Assembly: GCA_030141605.1 (NCBI GenBank)
Contig: JAQGDQ010000818.1
Coordinates: forward strand, 28,284-92,283
From: Tubiluchus corallicola
Taxonomy: Eukaryota > Animalia > Priapulida
Direction of reading: 5' to 3'
Length of the DNA: 64,000 nucleotides
The position numbers and the translations under genes were made by a program. Numbering within the stretch: position 1 is the stretch's first letter; every line of letters begins with the position of its first letter. Shown piece by piece: positions 38,804-51,086 of this stretch. The notes beneath the pieces were generated by a model, which saw only the letters and a program-made list of their open reading frames with translations, was not told the DNA's origin and searched no databases.

Positions 38804-39130
38804 TTAATTATCTAAACGGAATTTAGTAACGATACCAAGATGCTAGTTCGTTATCTAACCGAATTTCCGACACAGCATTTATAAAAGGGTTCAGTGAGTT
38901 TTTGTAATTTTTCTCAAACTCACTAAAGGCCTTGCTTTATTTTCTAACTAAAAGGGAGGAAAGGCAGCCTTCTTAAGTTTATGGGAGTTGTTGTCACGTT
39001 CATTTAGACTGGAGTCCCCCATTCCATATCACTGGGATGTTGGATCTCCTACACAGTACAGTGCAATACACAATTTACTCATTATGAATTCATCTCCGTC
39101 TGTTTTTTTCTTTGTTTTGCCCGGAATGTT

Positions 39131-39535
39131 GAAAATTGATGAAAACTGTTCACATTATCAAAAGAATTCCTATTTATTTTCTCTAGAATTTTGAAAATTA
39201 CTGAAAACTGTTCCTTCATCAAAAGAATTCCTATTTATTTTGTCTAGAATTTTGAAAATTGATGAAAACTGTTCCTTTATCAAAAGAATTCCTATTTATT
39301 TTGTCTAGAATTTTGAAAATTGCTGAAAACTGTTCCTTTATCAAAAGAATTCCTATTTATTTTGCCTAGAATTTTGAAAACTGTTGAAAACTGTTCCTTC
39401 GTCAAAAGAATTCCTATTTATTTTGTCTAGAATTTTGAAAATTGCTGAAAACTGTTCCTTTATCAAAAGAATTCCTATTTCTTTTGCCTAGAATTTTGAA
39501 AATTGATGAAAATTGTTCACATTATCAAAAGATTC
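39131..39535. repeat. 61-bp tandem repeat, about 6.5 units
   Basis: GAAAATTGATGAAAACTGTTCCTTTATCAAAAGAATTCCTATTTATTTTGTCTAGAATTTT. Confidence 0.92.
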
Positions 39536-39813
39536 CCAATTGAAGTTATTTTTAGAACAAATGCAACCTTTTTCGCTTGTGATGTGTCTCCTTAAAAGAG
39601 ATTGTCTCTGTGCAATTATTTCCTAGTTAATCAAAAATTGGGAAAATTTTCAGTATGACAGAAATTCGATAGGGGCTAGCTATCATGGAGTAGACCGAAA
39701 CCTTAAGAAGATGGTCTTAAAAACTTTAGAGTTGTTCTACCCTATTGGGGAGCAGGTTATTATGTGGTAAATACCGTCTTCAAGTGCTTTTCCAGAAGTC
39801 AAAATATAACTCC

Positions 39814-40184
39814 TGTTGTGTTTTGTTTCTCCCGGAAGGCTCGTAGAGAAAACCAGAAAACACTTCGTCAAATTAAACTAGTTTATTAAGCGAGAATTCT
39901 AGAACACAAAAGTATGAAGGAACGCGAAATGTTTACAGTAAACGTCAAAATCTGGAAAACGTTTGAGTGTATCTGAAAATACAGGTATACAAGAGAATGT
40001 GTAAGTGGCGTCCGTGTGAATCAGCGTGTGTGTGTCTCAGCAGCCTGCTTCGCCTTATATAGGGTGCCCGGGAACATTCTAAAAGTAATGTTCCAGAACA
40101 TTCCAGATGGTAAGACGATCATTCCAACAGAACATTCTACAATGTTCTATTTAATTCTAATAGTTGCCAGCGATCTCTACAACA
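39814..40184 (-). mobile_element. Solo LTR, family D (reverse)
   Basis: TGT...ACA ends; TSD ACTCC/ACTCT. Confidence 0.83.
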
Positions 40185-40449
40185 ACTCTAAACCGCAAAA
40201 CGCTGGAACTAAACTCGACTCTTATAGTCAGGTGTGACTAAGCATTGTAATTGGTTTGAAGAAACCAAAAAAATTTAAAGTTTAATTTTAAAATTTTACT
40301 CTGAAGTAGTGTCTAGATAATCGCTGAGAGTAGTGACATGTTGAAAAGCAGGAAACATGTGATCAAAATTACAGGTGAAATTAGTTCAGGTGTGAAAACT
40401 GTAGAAGCCAATGAAATTTAAAGCAGTGAAGAGCAAGATTTAACAATTC

Positions 40450-40900
40450 TAACAAGTATGCCCAAAGGTGGCAGCACTAGGTAAAAGAGAAAAAGAAAAG
40501 CCTGATGAAAATATGATGTACAAATTTTGAATAATTAAAATAAGTTTCTTCTGTCCAGTAATATCAGGTGGGATTTCAGTGGAGCAGGTGCCTTGATCAA
40601 GGTCAAGGGCTGGATCAAGGTCAAAGGTCAAAATATAAACTGTAAAGAGTTAAACATTCAGAGATGAACAAGTTATAGTACAAGATGGGATACCGATTTT
40701 GGTGTAAAGTTGCTGATCTTGAGTGGGAAGTTCAAGGTCATATTTCAGTCCAACTCTAGAACCATAAGATTGCCGGTAGATGTTGAACAGGTTTTTAATA
40801 AAGTCGTTGTTGACCTTGAGTGAGCAGTTCAAGGTCAAATACCTCTTGCTATCAAAAACGTTTCAGAAGTTGGGCAATTAAACTTAGGAAACTTGTACTA
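40450..40900. mobile_element. Unclassified dispersed-repeat-like segment rich in AAGGTCA motifs
   Basis: Multiple (A)AGGTCAAAGGTCA motifs, a style common in marine-invertebrate non-autonomous elements; single copy in the window. Confidence 0.3.
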
Positions 40901-40981
40901 TCACATGGAAGATGTGGATTATATGTGGTATTTGTGGATGGTTCAGTGTTTTTTCTGTCTCATATTTTCTTTGTTTTTCTC

Positions 40982-41346
40982 TGTTGTGGATCTCTGGCGT
41001 CTATTAGAATTACATAGAACATTGTAGAATGTTCTGTTAGATTAATCGTCTTACCGTGTGGAATGTTCTGGAACATAACTTCTGGAAGCTTCTCGGGCGC
41101 GCTATATAAGGCGAAGCAGGCCGCTGAGACACACGCAGATTCACACTGACGCCACTTACACATTCTCTTGTATACTTACATTTTCAGATACACTTAAACG
41201 TTTTCCAGATTTTCACGTTTAGTGCAAACATTTCGCGTTCCTTCATACTTTTGTGTTGTAGAATTCTCGCTTAATAAACTAGTTTAATTTGACTGCGTGT
41301 TTTCTGGTTTTCTCTACGAGCCTTCCGAGAGAAACAAAACAGGACA
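40982..41346 (+). mobile_element. Solo LTR, family D
   Basis: TGT...ACA ends; perfect TSD TTCTC. Confidence 0.87.
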
Positions 41347-41554
41347 TTCTCACATTATTTTCTTTCTTCATTTTCTTCTTAATTAAAGCACTTTTTTTAA
41401 CTTGAGATCAATTTTCAAGCAGTCAAAATAAACCAAGCATTTTTGTTATAGTTTGAGATTTTTACTCATTTTGTGCTGGAAATAGTAAGAACAGCTGCTT
41501 TATCTTGTACTAGAAGAGTGTGGCTACAAATGTATTAATTAAATTAACAATAAT

Positions 41555-42420
41555 TTTTTATTTATTTATTTATTTATTAAATATATCGACAATGATCATT
41601 ACAGCATTTTACATAAAAGTATTTAGTAACATATTTATTATTATGTGCACAAGATGCCAAGCTGAAAATGACCCTTGGGGTACTCAAGAAGTAATTACTT
41701 GTTTAGAGCACCCCAAATGAATGTGGACTGAGTGTAATAGAAAAGAGCAGTAAAGGGGTAGAAAAAAAGGTTAATAGAGAATAGAAAGAAGGAGAAAGAT
41801 GTGATGGTATCTGTATGAAGTAACGTGAACTATAGAAATGTAAAAATTGACATAGCCAGAAACGCAATGGATTCTGACAGAGACAGCAGTGTAATTAAGC
41901 AAATTGATTTATTTTGTATAATTAGAAAAGATTTCACTTTTAAGATTTCTTTTGAAGTTATTTATAGATAAAGAATTTTTTATGTATTCATTGATGTTAT
42001 TCCAAAGTCTAGGGCCAGTGTTAGTGATGAAGTGCCTTGCCGCGTCAGTCCTGCAATACTTAATACGAAATTCGTTAAATCTTGTTGAGTTTAATTAATT
42101 TAATTAATTAATAACATAAACTATTGAGAGATTTCTGTACTTTGTTGTTTTGATGCTATTGAAAAACTACTTATTGAAATTTAGATAAATTCGTGTCACA
42201 AGAAGTTATAAATTTTAGTATTTTTTTATATTGCTAATGCAAATTGAGGGCACAGTACCAAAGCCACTAGTGAGTTGAGCAATTAAATTTGAAAGGTTAA
42301 AAACTTGGCAAGTTTTAAGACTGTCTAATTAATGTGTTTTTTTTTGTTCGTTAATTTTATTGCGATTTTTCTTCGTCAAATTTTTATGCAAATTCTTCAC
42401 TGTATCGCCTATACTATTAT
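41555..42420 (-). mobile_element. CR1/L2-type LINE 3' fragment
   Basis: Minus-strand STRFNEFRIKYCRTDAARHFITNTGPRLWN..NNFKRNLK; (AAAT)n tail. Confidence 0.75.
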
Positions 42421-43057
42421 TCATATAGAAATGTGTCTACTGCCTAGTCGAAATTGATCAAAAATTTTATTTGATTTAACGTGTTAATAAAGTCGGATTG
42501 AATTGAATTTAGCATCGTCAATATTGAATGATGTCAAAGATGTCCTTTTAGGCGTGCAAGATTGTTGCTATGGATACGCACCAGATGTGTTATAACAAAA
42601 AATGCTGTCGCTTTTAATTGTTTATTATCGACTTGACATTTTATTTTAGGGGTACACAACTATTAAAGGATGGTGTTTTGTTCCTGACTTCAGCATTTAT
42701 TGTGAATATTTTGAGAATTTCGAACAGTTTTTCATTGGCGTTTATGACGATGGTTTATCCCAGCTTTAGTTTATTGTTTATTTTGGTCTTTCTTTGATAG
42801 TACGTTCCTGTGACTGCTGGTCTTTGCAAGATGAATAGTTTGCTTTAAAATTAGAGACGAGTTAGCGTTAGAAGGAAAATTTTCTTTGTCTTTCGACAGC
42901 GTAGAAATTTGATCTTTTAGTTAGGTGTTTGCTTGTTGACTGTTGCCAGCTCAAGTTCAGCTCCTAACCTTGAATAGTTTCCATAAATGATTTTATGCTG
43001 TGTCGTACTTTGTTGGGTTGTCTGTATTTTGAACTTTTAATCACTTAGTACTGCTAG

Positions 43058-43700
43058 TGTGAGGCTGAACGAGTTAAAACTGAACACATCATTACAAGAT
43101 CGTAGAATGAGAGGCCATAAGTCATTTTTAAGTCATAAGTCATTTATTTCACCTTACACATTTACAATGGTTACATATACAATATCTAGTGTAAGGGCAT
43201 ACAATGGATATAATACAAATAAGAAATACTGCACAGGAAAAGCCTCAAACACTGTTCACTTATACACGAAGGTAAATGTGTTGCGGGCAATCAAAAAGCA
43301 GGGCTTGTTAGATTGTCCCACACAGTGAAAGAAAAAAAAGTAATGGAGATAATCTGAAAATTTAAAGTGAATCGTGATAAAAAACATTAGTGCTTAAAAT
43401 GGAGTGATGTAATGAACGAAGCTCATATATGGAAATCTCATTGAGGTCTTCAAGTTTGTTCAACTTCAAGGTTATAATAATGTGAATTACGAAACAATGT
43501 TCAGATTAAGAACTTACCCTGGCTTATGAGGACACAGTTTTACTTTTGAAACTAATAGGGGACATTATAATCTAAGAAAGTTCTTTTTTAGTAATAGAAC
43601 TGCTAGTCTGTGGAACAGCTAACCTGAGTACATAGTGTTGGCCTCTAGTTCAATTGATTTTCAGGAAAGATATGACAGACATTATCGTAATTTTTTGTAA
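43058..43700 (+). mobile_element. CR1 LINE 3' fragment split by a ~320-bp insertion
   Basis: RLNELKL.SLQDRRMRG-[insert]-NLIEVFK...GHSF...RKFFFSNRTASLWNS*PE, typical CR1 RT C-terminus with stops. Confidence 0.75.
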
Positions 43701-43871
43701 AGTAATTTGATATCATTAACGGCGACTGTAGTAATCAATTTTGGAAATATTTTAAAATTTATTTGTGAAAAATATTTACACTTTTGCCACACATTAAAAT
43801 GTATTATGCATTATGTATTACTATTATATTTTAAACGAACAAATTAGAAAGGAAGAAAAGAAAAATAGTAA

Positions 43872-44496
43872 GCAGTGGTGCGGCTTGGACCTTGAACAAG
43901 TGAAGTTATATTGCATTGGTGTGGCTTGGACCTTGAACAAGTGAAGTTATATTGCAGTGGTGCGACTTGGACCTTGAACAAGTAAAGTTATATTGCAGTG
44001 GTGCAGCTTGGACCTTGAACAAGTGAAGTTATATTGCAGTGGTGCGGCTTGGACCTTGAACAAGTGAAGTTATATTGCATTGGTGCGGCTTGGACCTTGA
44101 ACAAGTGAAGTTATATTGCATTGGTGCGGCTTGGACCTTGAACAAGTGAAGTTATATTGCATTGGTGCGGCTTGGACCTTGAACAAGTGAAGTTATATTG
44201 CAGTGGTGCGGCTTGGACCTTGAACAAGTGAAGTTATATTGCAGTGGTGTGGCTTGGACCTTGAACAAGTGCAGTTATATTGCATTGGTGCGGCTTGGAC
44301 CTTGAACAAGTGAAGTTATATTGCATTGGTGCGGCTTGGACCTTGAACAAGTGAAGTTATATTGCATTGGTACGGCTTGGACCTTGAACAAGTGAAGTTA
44401 TATTGCATTGGTGCGGCTTGTACCTTGAACAAGTGAAGTTATATTGCATTGGTGCGGCTCGGACCTTGAACAAGTGAAGTTATATTGCATTGGTGC
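43872..44496. repeat. 41-bp minisatellite, about 15 units
   Basis: GCA(G/T)TGGTGCGGCTTGGACCTTGAACAAGTGAAGTTATATT. Confidence 0.96.
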
Positions 44497-44605
44497 TTAC
44501 AAGTAACTAGATACTCACTGCAAATTGCTAGCCAAGGTGCAGAATGAGGTTCACAAAAATTGCTAAATCATTGCCAAATTATGCTTAGTATGAATTATGA
44601 TACAA

Positions 44606-44878
44606 ATAATAATAATAATAATAATCTTTATTTAAAGTTGACTTTTGCGTGAACAATTAACATTAGCTCAAAGAGCTATTATCGCCGACTGTAAATAACA
44701 ACCTACAACTGCATAACAGAGACTATTATTACCCCACTTTTACCCTAAATACCACGTGTCAGGCAGGGCAACAGCAGGTACCATTTTTAAAGTCTTTGGT
44801 ATGACCCGGCGGCTGGTTCGAACTTACGACCTCCCAGACAGAAAGCAGACGTGTTACCACTAGACTAAGACGTCTGGT
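44606..44878 (-). mobile_element. tRNA-derived SINE with a MetaSINE-like core and (ATT)n tail
   Basis: A box TAGTCTAGTGG, B box GTTCGAAC, core GGGTCATACCAAAGACTTTAAAAATGGTACCTGCTG; second copy at 62728-62930. Confidence 0.8.
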
Positions 44879-45296
44879 ATAAAGACTAAACCGTCTGATA
44901 CAAAATGAAATAATGCATTTATTGATACATACCAGCTGTGTTGGTAATTAGCTTTATCTAAAACTCTAATCTGGATCTGGCTTACTTTTGCTTGTGTATT
45001 TGAATGTTTATTTTTATCGTTATTTGTTTATTATAAAAGCATTTATCTTGCATTGTGTAAACAAAGTCGTTCGTTATCAAATTTACGATTTTAGTACTAG
45101 AACACAAGTCTAAGAAATATTGCTTTCTTTCTTAGTAACATTTTAGGATGCGTATAATCATTTTAGTAAATACAAGAACTTCCTGTGTTTGGAATTTAAT
45201 GGTGTTTTATTGATGACGTTTGTGTAGAAACATTCTTTCGTCTTTAGTTTATTTTACAAGCTGATTGATGCGTGAATTATTGCTTAAACTGTGGAA

Positions 45297-45817
45297 CAGG
45301 GGTGTGCAAATTGCGGCCCGCGAAGAGATTTGTCAACCTAATGAAAGTGCGGCCTGCGGGACAGTTGCGGCCCGCGAAGAGATTTGTCAACCTAATGAAA
45401 GTGCGGCCTGGGCGATTAATTGAGTGTATCCAGCTGAAGTCCGTGCCACGATCCCAAAGATAGTGCGGGTAGTTTTTTCTACTAGATCGGATGCCATTAA
45501 CCCTTACAAGACGGTTGTAGCTTAATGTCACTGTACTACACAGACTGTGTGATACACATTACTAATATAACATTGTAATGAAATTACCACTATCTGTCCT
45601 GAAAGTAGAAATATATGGTTTGTAATATAAATTTTATTTTAGTAACTTCTAAAATAGTTTCTTGAGTGTAGTAGTAATGATGTACGCAGGTCGGATGCAA
45701 AACAAATCGTTATTAGGCCTTTCTGTACTTGGCTCCTTGACCAAACTGCATGTGGCCCACAGGAATTGCGGGAATGTTTAATGTGGCCTGGCTAGTCAGA
45801 TAATTTGCACACCCCTG
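45297..45817 (+). mobile_element. hAT-like MITE family A with internal 5' duplication
   Basis: Intact TIRs; flanked by a 15-bp near-duplication. Confidence 0.9.
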
Positions 45818-46240
45818 GCTTAAACTGTAGAACTTTGAAAAGTATGGACCGTAAAACTAATGTCTCTATTCGTTTTTGTGAATTTTCGACACCATCAGAC
45901 GAGAACCGGTGTTTTCAACGTGATTTGGCCCTTAGTTAGGTCAATTACTAGTAATCTCAAATTAATACGTAATTACGTGTACTCCTTTTTCAGATCTGTT
46001 CATTGTAGACACTTTTTAAAACCACTTTTGAAAACTATTCTGAATTGATAATATGGCTGCTTGTATCACCGTTTGTGTTTTTCGAATAGTTAACACAGAA
46101 TAGTTTTGAGGGCGATCATGTCATTAACTTAATTGGTTAGTGAGTGTCTATCATCGATTTTTTCGGTTATCGTAAAATCAGTTTATTAGTTTTATGTTCT
46201 CGAGTTGTCGTCTCAACTTTTGTTGAGAATTTTGTGAAGC

Positions 46241-47485
46241 GGTAGGGTGAAATGGCAGAGTGGTTACACCGCTTACGTGCCGATCCAGGAGATGTGGATT
46301 CAAATATTGCTCGTATAGGAATTTTCGAGCGTATGCTATCCGATCAGAAGTTTCTAGTGACCTTCCTCAGATTCAGCCTTAGCTAAGTGCCTAGTCATGT
46401 ATTGGGGAAGGAGGGGTGATCGAGTGATAGACTGACCATTCGCTATCCGATCAGAACTTTCTAGTGACCTTCCTCAGATTCAGCCTTAGCTAAGTGCCTA
46501 GTCATGTAGTGGGGGAAGAGGGGTGATCGAGTGATAGACTGACCATTCGCTATCCGATCAGAATTTTCTAGTGACCTTCCTCAGATTCAGCCTTAGCTAA
46601 GTGCCTAGTCATGTAGTGGGGGAAGAGGGGTGATCGAGTAATGGACTGACCATTCGCTATCCGATCAGAAGTTTCTAGTGACCTTCCTCAGATTCAGCCT
46701 TAGCTAAGTGCCTAGTCATGTAGTGGGGGAAGAGGGGTGATCGAGTAATGGACTGACCATTCGCTATCCGATCAGAACTTTCTAGTGACCTTCCTCAGAT
46801 TCAGCCTTAGCTAAGTGCCTAGTCATGTAGTGGGGGAAGAGGGGTGATCGAGTGATAGACTGACCATTCGCTATCCGATCAGAACTTTCTAGTGACCTTC
46901 CTCAGATTCAGCCTTAGCTAAGTGCCTAGTCATGTAGTAGGGGAAGAGGGGTGATCGAGTGATGGACTGACCATTCGCTATCCGATCAGAAGTTTCTAGT
47001 GACCTTCCTCAGATTCAGCCTTAGCTAAGTGCCTAGTCGTGTAGTGGGGGAAGAGGGGTGATCGAGTGATAGACTGACCATTCGCTATCCGATCAGAACT
47101 TTCTAGTGACCTTCCTCAGATTCAGCCTTAGCTAAGTGCCTAGTCATGTAGTGGGGGAAGAGGGGTGATCGAGTGATGGACTGACCATTCGCTATCCGAT
47201 CAGAACTTTCTAGTGACCTTCCTCAGATTCAGCCTTAGCTAAGTGCCTAGTCATGTAGTGGGGGAAGAGGGGTGATCGAGTAATGGACTGACTATTCGCT
47301 ATCCGATCAGAACTTTCTAGTGACCTTCCTCAGATTCAGCCTTAGCTAAGTGCCTAGTCATGTAGTGGGGGAAGAGGGGCGATCGAGTAATGGACTGACC
47401 GCCTGTCCTTCTTCGTGCCAGGTCGCCATGAATCGATGCCATAACCTCTAACTCAGTGCCTGACATCTTGTCATCTTTCTTCTTT
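46241..47485 (+). mobile_element. tRNA-derived SINE whose body is amplified as 10 x 107-bp tandem units (46335-47400)
   Basis: A box TGGCAGAGTGG and degenerate B box GGATTCAAAT, then the array, then a unique T-rich tail. Confidence 0.78.
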
Positions 47486-47650
47486 TAATTGCATCAGCTT
47501 CTCATATCATTCAGGAAACGTAAAATATTTTTTCCTTATAGTGGCCGAAATTAGAACAAGGGGTGATAATAAAAAATAACAGCAAAAATGTAGTTTGAGA
47601 ATGGAACTGCCTGCTCAAAATGCTGTCTGAATCAAGTTTAAAAGAATGCA

Positions 47651-47687
47651 ATGGGAAAACTGCTGAGGAAATTATTCTGCGCAGCAG
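47651..47687 (+). CDS. Candidate alternative start (MGKLLRKLFCAA) in exon 47542-47687
   Basis: Acceptor TTTTTTCCTTATAG, GCAATGG start context, donor CAG|GTTTGT in phase 1, matching the exon at 50010. Confidence 0.55.
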
Positions 47688-47991
47688 GTTTGTTGAAATT
47701 TTCTTTTTTTAATTACGTTTTCATTTTTACGATAAGTATAATCTCATTGTGCTCACTAGTCAGATTTTTTTGTAGTTTTGTTTGGGTACCAAATAAACTT
47801 GCTTATCATGTCACCTACTTTTGGATACTTGATCATCTAAGTAGCGGTGGCAGTCAGCTTACGGAAACTGTCGCTGTCATCAACGAGGTTAATGAGATCA
47901 GAAAGAGATCGTCGTATCAACTATTTCGTAAATTGGCTCATTACTTGAATACATGCTTTGTGTTGTATTTTTTGTATATCATTTTCTAAAT

Positions 47992-48453
47992 CAGGGATGA
48001 GAATTTTCCGTGGATACGCGGAATTCCGAGTTTCTGGAAAACCAGTAGTGCCATTTTTGTAAATCGCGTAAATTCGTTGAGGACATTTTTACGGACCCAG
48101 TACATTATTTCACAAGCTGACCGCTAGTTGGCAGGGCGTGACTTTGTTTACATCACGTACATCTGTGTAAACACGTGTAGATCTCTATGTATAAAAATAT
48201 AGAATCAATTGTGCGGAGTTATTTGCGTCAATTGCAGACAGTTTTTATATACTTTTGCATAGGAGCGGCTGGTACTTAGGTGTTTTTGAGACAATTAGGT
48301 ATCAAGTATCCTTGATAGTTGGGTATCATGCATGAAACAAGGTAATTGATATTTTAAGTCCACTTAGGGGCTCTCTGTGGTCACAAAATTGTAATTTGTT
48401 GCTGCCTACGACCTGTTTCAGAGTTTTTTTGCAATTTGTAATTCTCATCCCTG
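47992..48453 (+). mobile_element. MITE family C
   Basis: TIRs and body match the other copies. Confidence 0.85.
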
Positions 48454-48889
48454 CTAAGTGCTACGCAGTCTAGTTAAGGGTAGTAGAGTTTTAAAGAATG
48501 CACTTAAATGTATCACGCGGGATGCTTATTTATTGTAATTGTAGCCCATTGTGTGTATTTCAAGCCTCACAACAGCCGACTCCATGAACTTCTTCTAAGC
48601 TCTTTGTCTCAAAGACGCAAACCGTATGAAAAGTTTTAAACACATTTAGCAACTTCTATATAAGTAAATGATGTCCATTTGTCCACGACACCCAAAAATA
48701 GTGTATCTACTTTATCCAAGTTGGCATAACAATTTTCTAGTTTTCCCGTCTATGTTCCCAATATCAAACCATCTTAAGTTTAGTGCGTAACCTGACCTAC
48801 AGTATGAAATACTTACCCATTGTTTTAGTTCTTTACGGAACAGTGAGCAATTTGCAAAGACAGTGCACTTATTGCTTTGCATCTGAGGA

Positions 48890-49410
48890 ACAAAAGCAAA
48901 ACCGCTACTTCCTCAGAAAAATGAACACTGCAGAACACCCTACATATGATGGTGTTACATATGGCAAGAAAAGTTTCTCCTATTATGGAGCCACATTGTG
49001 GAATGAATTACCAAACTGTCTCCGAATGGTCGATAATCTTGGGGAATTTAAACGTCTAATTAACTCATGGACTGGTGTATCATGTAAATGTGCCATTTGT
49101 AAATTTTGTTAAGTCATAATTAAATGCTGAATGTGTTAGCAGGAAAATTTTTTATTGACCTAGATAGCTTTTTGTGTAAATTTTAGAAAATGTTACTGCC
49201 TAAAATTTTTACTGTCTCAATTCTTACTGTCTTCATGTAGTTATAAATTTTTCTTGCACCAATACCTCTGGTGGCATCCAAAAGATTTTAAGAAGTACAT
49301 ATTATTACCATGTTATCGCTCATATACATTATGTTTGATATCCGTTTACGAGCTTTAAGCTCATGTTTTACAAATATGTACTTTTTTATATCATACCGAT
49401 GAAAATAAAT
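48890..49410 (+). mobile_element. CR1/L2-group LINE 3' end
   Basis: YGKKSFSYYGATLWNELP...FKRLINSWTG..CKCAIC, then AATAAA and a (TCTTA)n tail. Confidence 0.8.
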
Positions 49411-49830
49411 CTTATCTTATCTTATCTTATCTTATCTTATCTTATCTTATCTTATCTTATCTTATCTTATCTTATCTTATCTTATCTTATCTTATCTTAT
49501 CTTATCTTATCTTATCTTATCTTATCTTATCTTATCTTATCTTATCTTATCTTATCTTATCTTATCCTATCCTATCCTATCCTATCCTATCCTATCCTAT
49601 CCTATCCTAACCTGTCCTGTCCTGTCCTGTCCTGTCCTGTCCTGTCCTGTCCTGTCCTGTCCTGTCCTGTCTTATCCTATCCTATCCTATCCTATCCTAT
49701 CCTATCCTATCCTATCCTATCCTATCCTATCCTATCCTATCCTATCCTATCCTATCCTATCCTATCCTATCCTACCTTACCTTACCTTACCTTACCTTAC
49801 CTTACCTTACCTTACCTTACCTTACCTTAT
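49410..49830. repeat. Compound pentamer microsatellite grown from the LINE tail
   Basis: (CTTAT)n(CCTAT)n(CCTGT)n(CCTAT)n(CTTAC)n. Confidence 0.96.
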
Positions 49831-50009
49831 CGTTTACTATTGTATGTGCAAATAGGAATCATCACTGCTGATGTATCATTTACTACTGTATGTGCAAATA
49901 GGAATCATCACCACGCATGTATAATGAAAGAATTAAAACTTTGAGCTAAACTTGCGTGTCTTTTTGAGTTTGTGGGCATTTTTTCAATTATTTTTTTTGT
50001 ATTAATTAG

Positions 50010-50320
50010 GTGAGGATGATCAGGATCACCAAGTGACTCAACGCAAAAAACGTCCGACTAAACGACCGCCTCCCCGAGACCGTGCCAGATCTACTCGCCG
50101 AGCTCCGCCGGAGCCAGAGGAGGAGCGACCGGCTTCTGTAGAGAGAACATTGTCGAAAGAGTGGAAGAGGCGACACATAAGAAGTTACGTGCCACTTCCG
50201 TTGCGTCTCCACACGTCCCAGGTGGTTAAAGGTGACAGCATTCGCGATTTCATGCATGAGAAGAAGGCAGTGGAGGAGCATCGAGCTCAAGCCGAGCATG
50301 CAGACGATCACCCACATAGG
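50010..50320 (+). CDS. Downstream coding exon (exon 11 of the ANKRD26-like gene, or exon 2 of an internal transcript)
   Basis: (G)EDDQDHQVTQRKKRP...ADDHPHR; phase 1 to 0; donor AGG|GTATGT. Confidence 0.8.
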
Positions 50321-50391
50321 GTATGTGTTGGTTGCTTAGTTTGCGAGTCAGTCAGTTAAAGGAAGATAGGATGTTTTTTCATATCCTACCC

Positions 50392-50827
50392 CAGGGGTGT
50401 GGAAATTATCTGACTAGCCGAGCCACATTAAACTTTCCCACAATTCCTGCAGGCCACATGCAGTTTGATCAAGGAGCCAAGTACAGAAAGGCCTAATAAT
50501 GATTTTTTTGCATCCGACCTGCGTACATCATTACTACTACACTCAAGAAACTATTTTAGAAGTTATTAAAATTTATATTAGAAACCATATATTTCTACTT
50601 TCAGGACAGATAGTGGTAATTTCATTACAATGCATATTAGTAATGTGTATCACACAGTCTGTGTAGTACAGTGACATTAAGCTACAACCGTCTTGAAAGG
50701 GTTAATGGCATCCGATCTAGTAGAAAAAACTACCCGCACTATCTTTGGGATCGTGGCACGGACTTCAGCTGGATACACTCAATTAATCGCCCGGGCCGCA
50801 CTTTCATTAGGTTGACAAATCTCTTTG
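50392..50827 (-). mobile_element. hAT-like MITE family A, reverse, one TIR lost
   Basis: Reverse complement of the family; flanks TCCTACCC/CCCTACCC. Confidence 0.87.
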
Positions 50828-51086
50828 CCCTACCCCATTTTCAAGTAGGAATAATGTCATTTTTGCAGAATGTACAGAGACCCGACTTCACCGAGTTGTG
50901 CTCAATAAATGATTTGGAAACTGATTTTGCATAAGGTGGTGTTGATGTAATTTCAGCTTCTGTGGGGGGGGGCATAGGTTTTTTTCAATCGACTGGCCCA
51001 AGAATGTTACAAAAATTCAGCATGTGCAAAGGCTAGAGATTATTTTTGATGCTAACTGGACATTGGAAATAAATGACCACGGTGTG

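Noticed and set aside
44810-46310. tRNA genes at 44810-44878 and 46241-46310
   Set aside because: A/B boxes are present but no cloverleaf; both are SINE heads.
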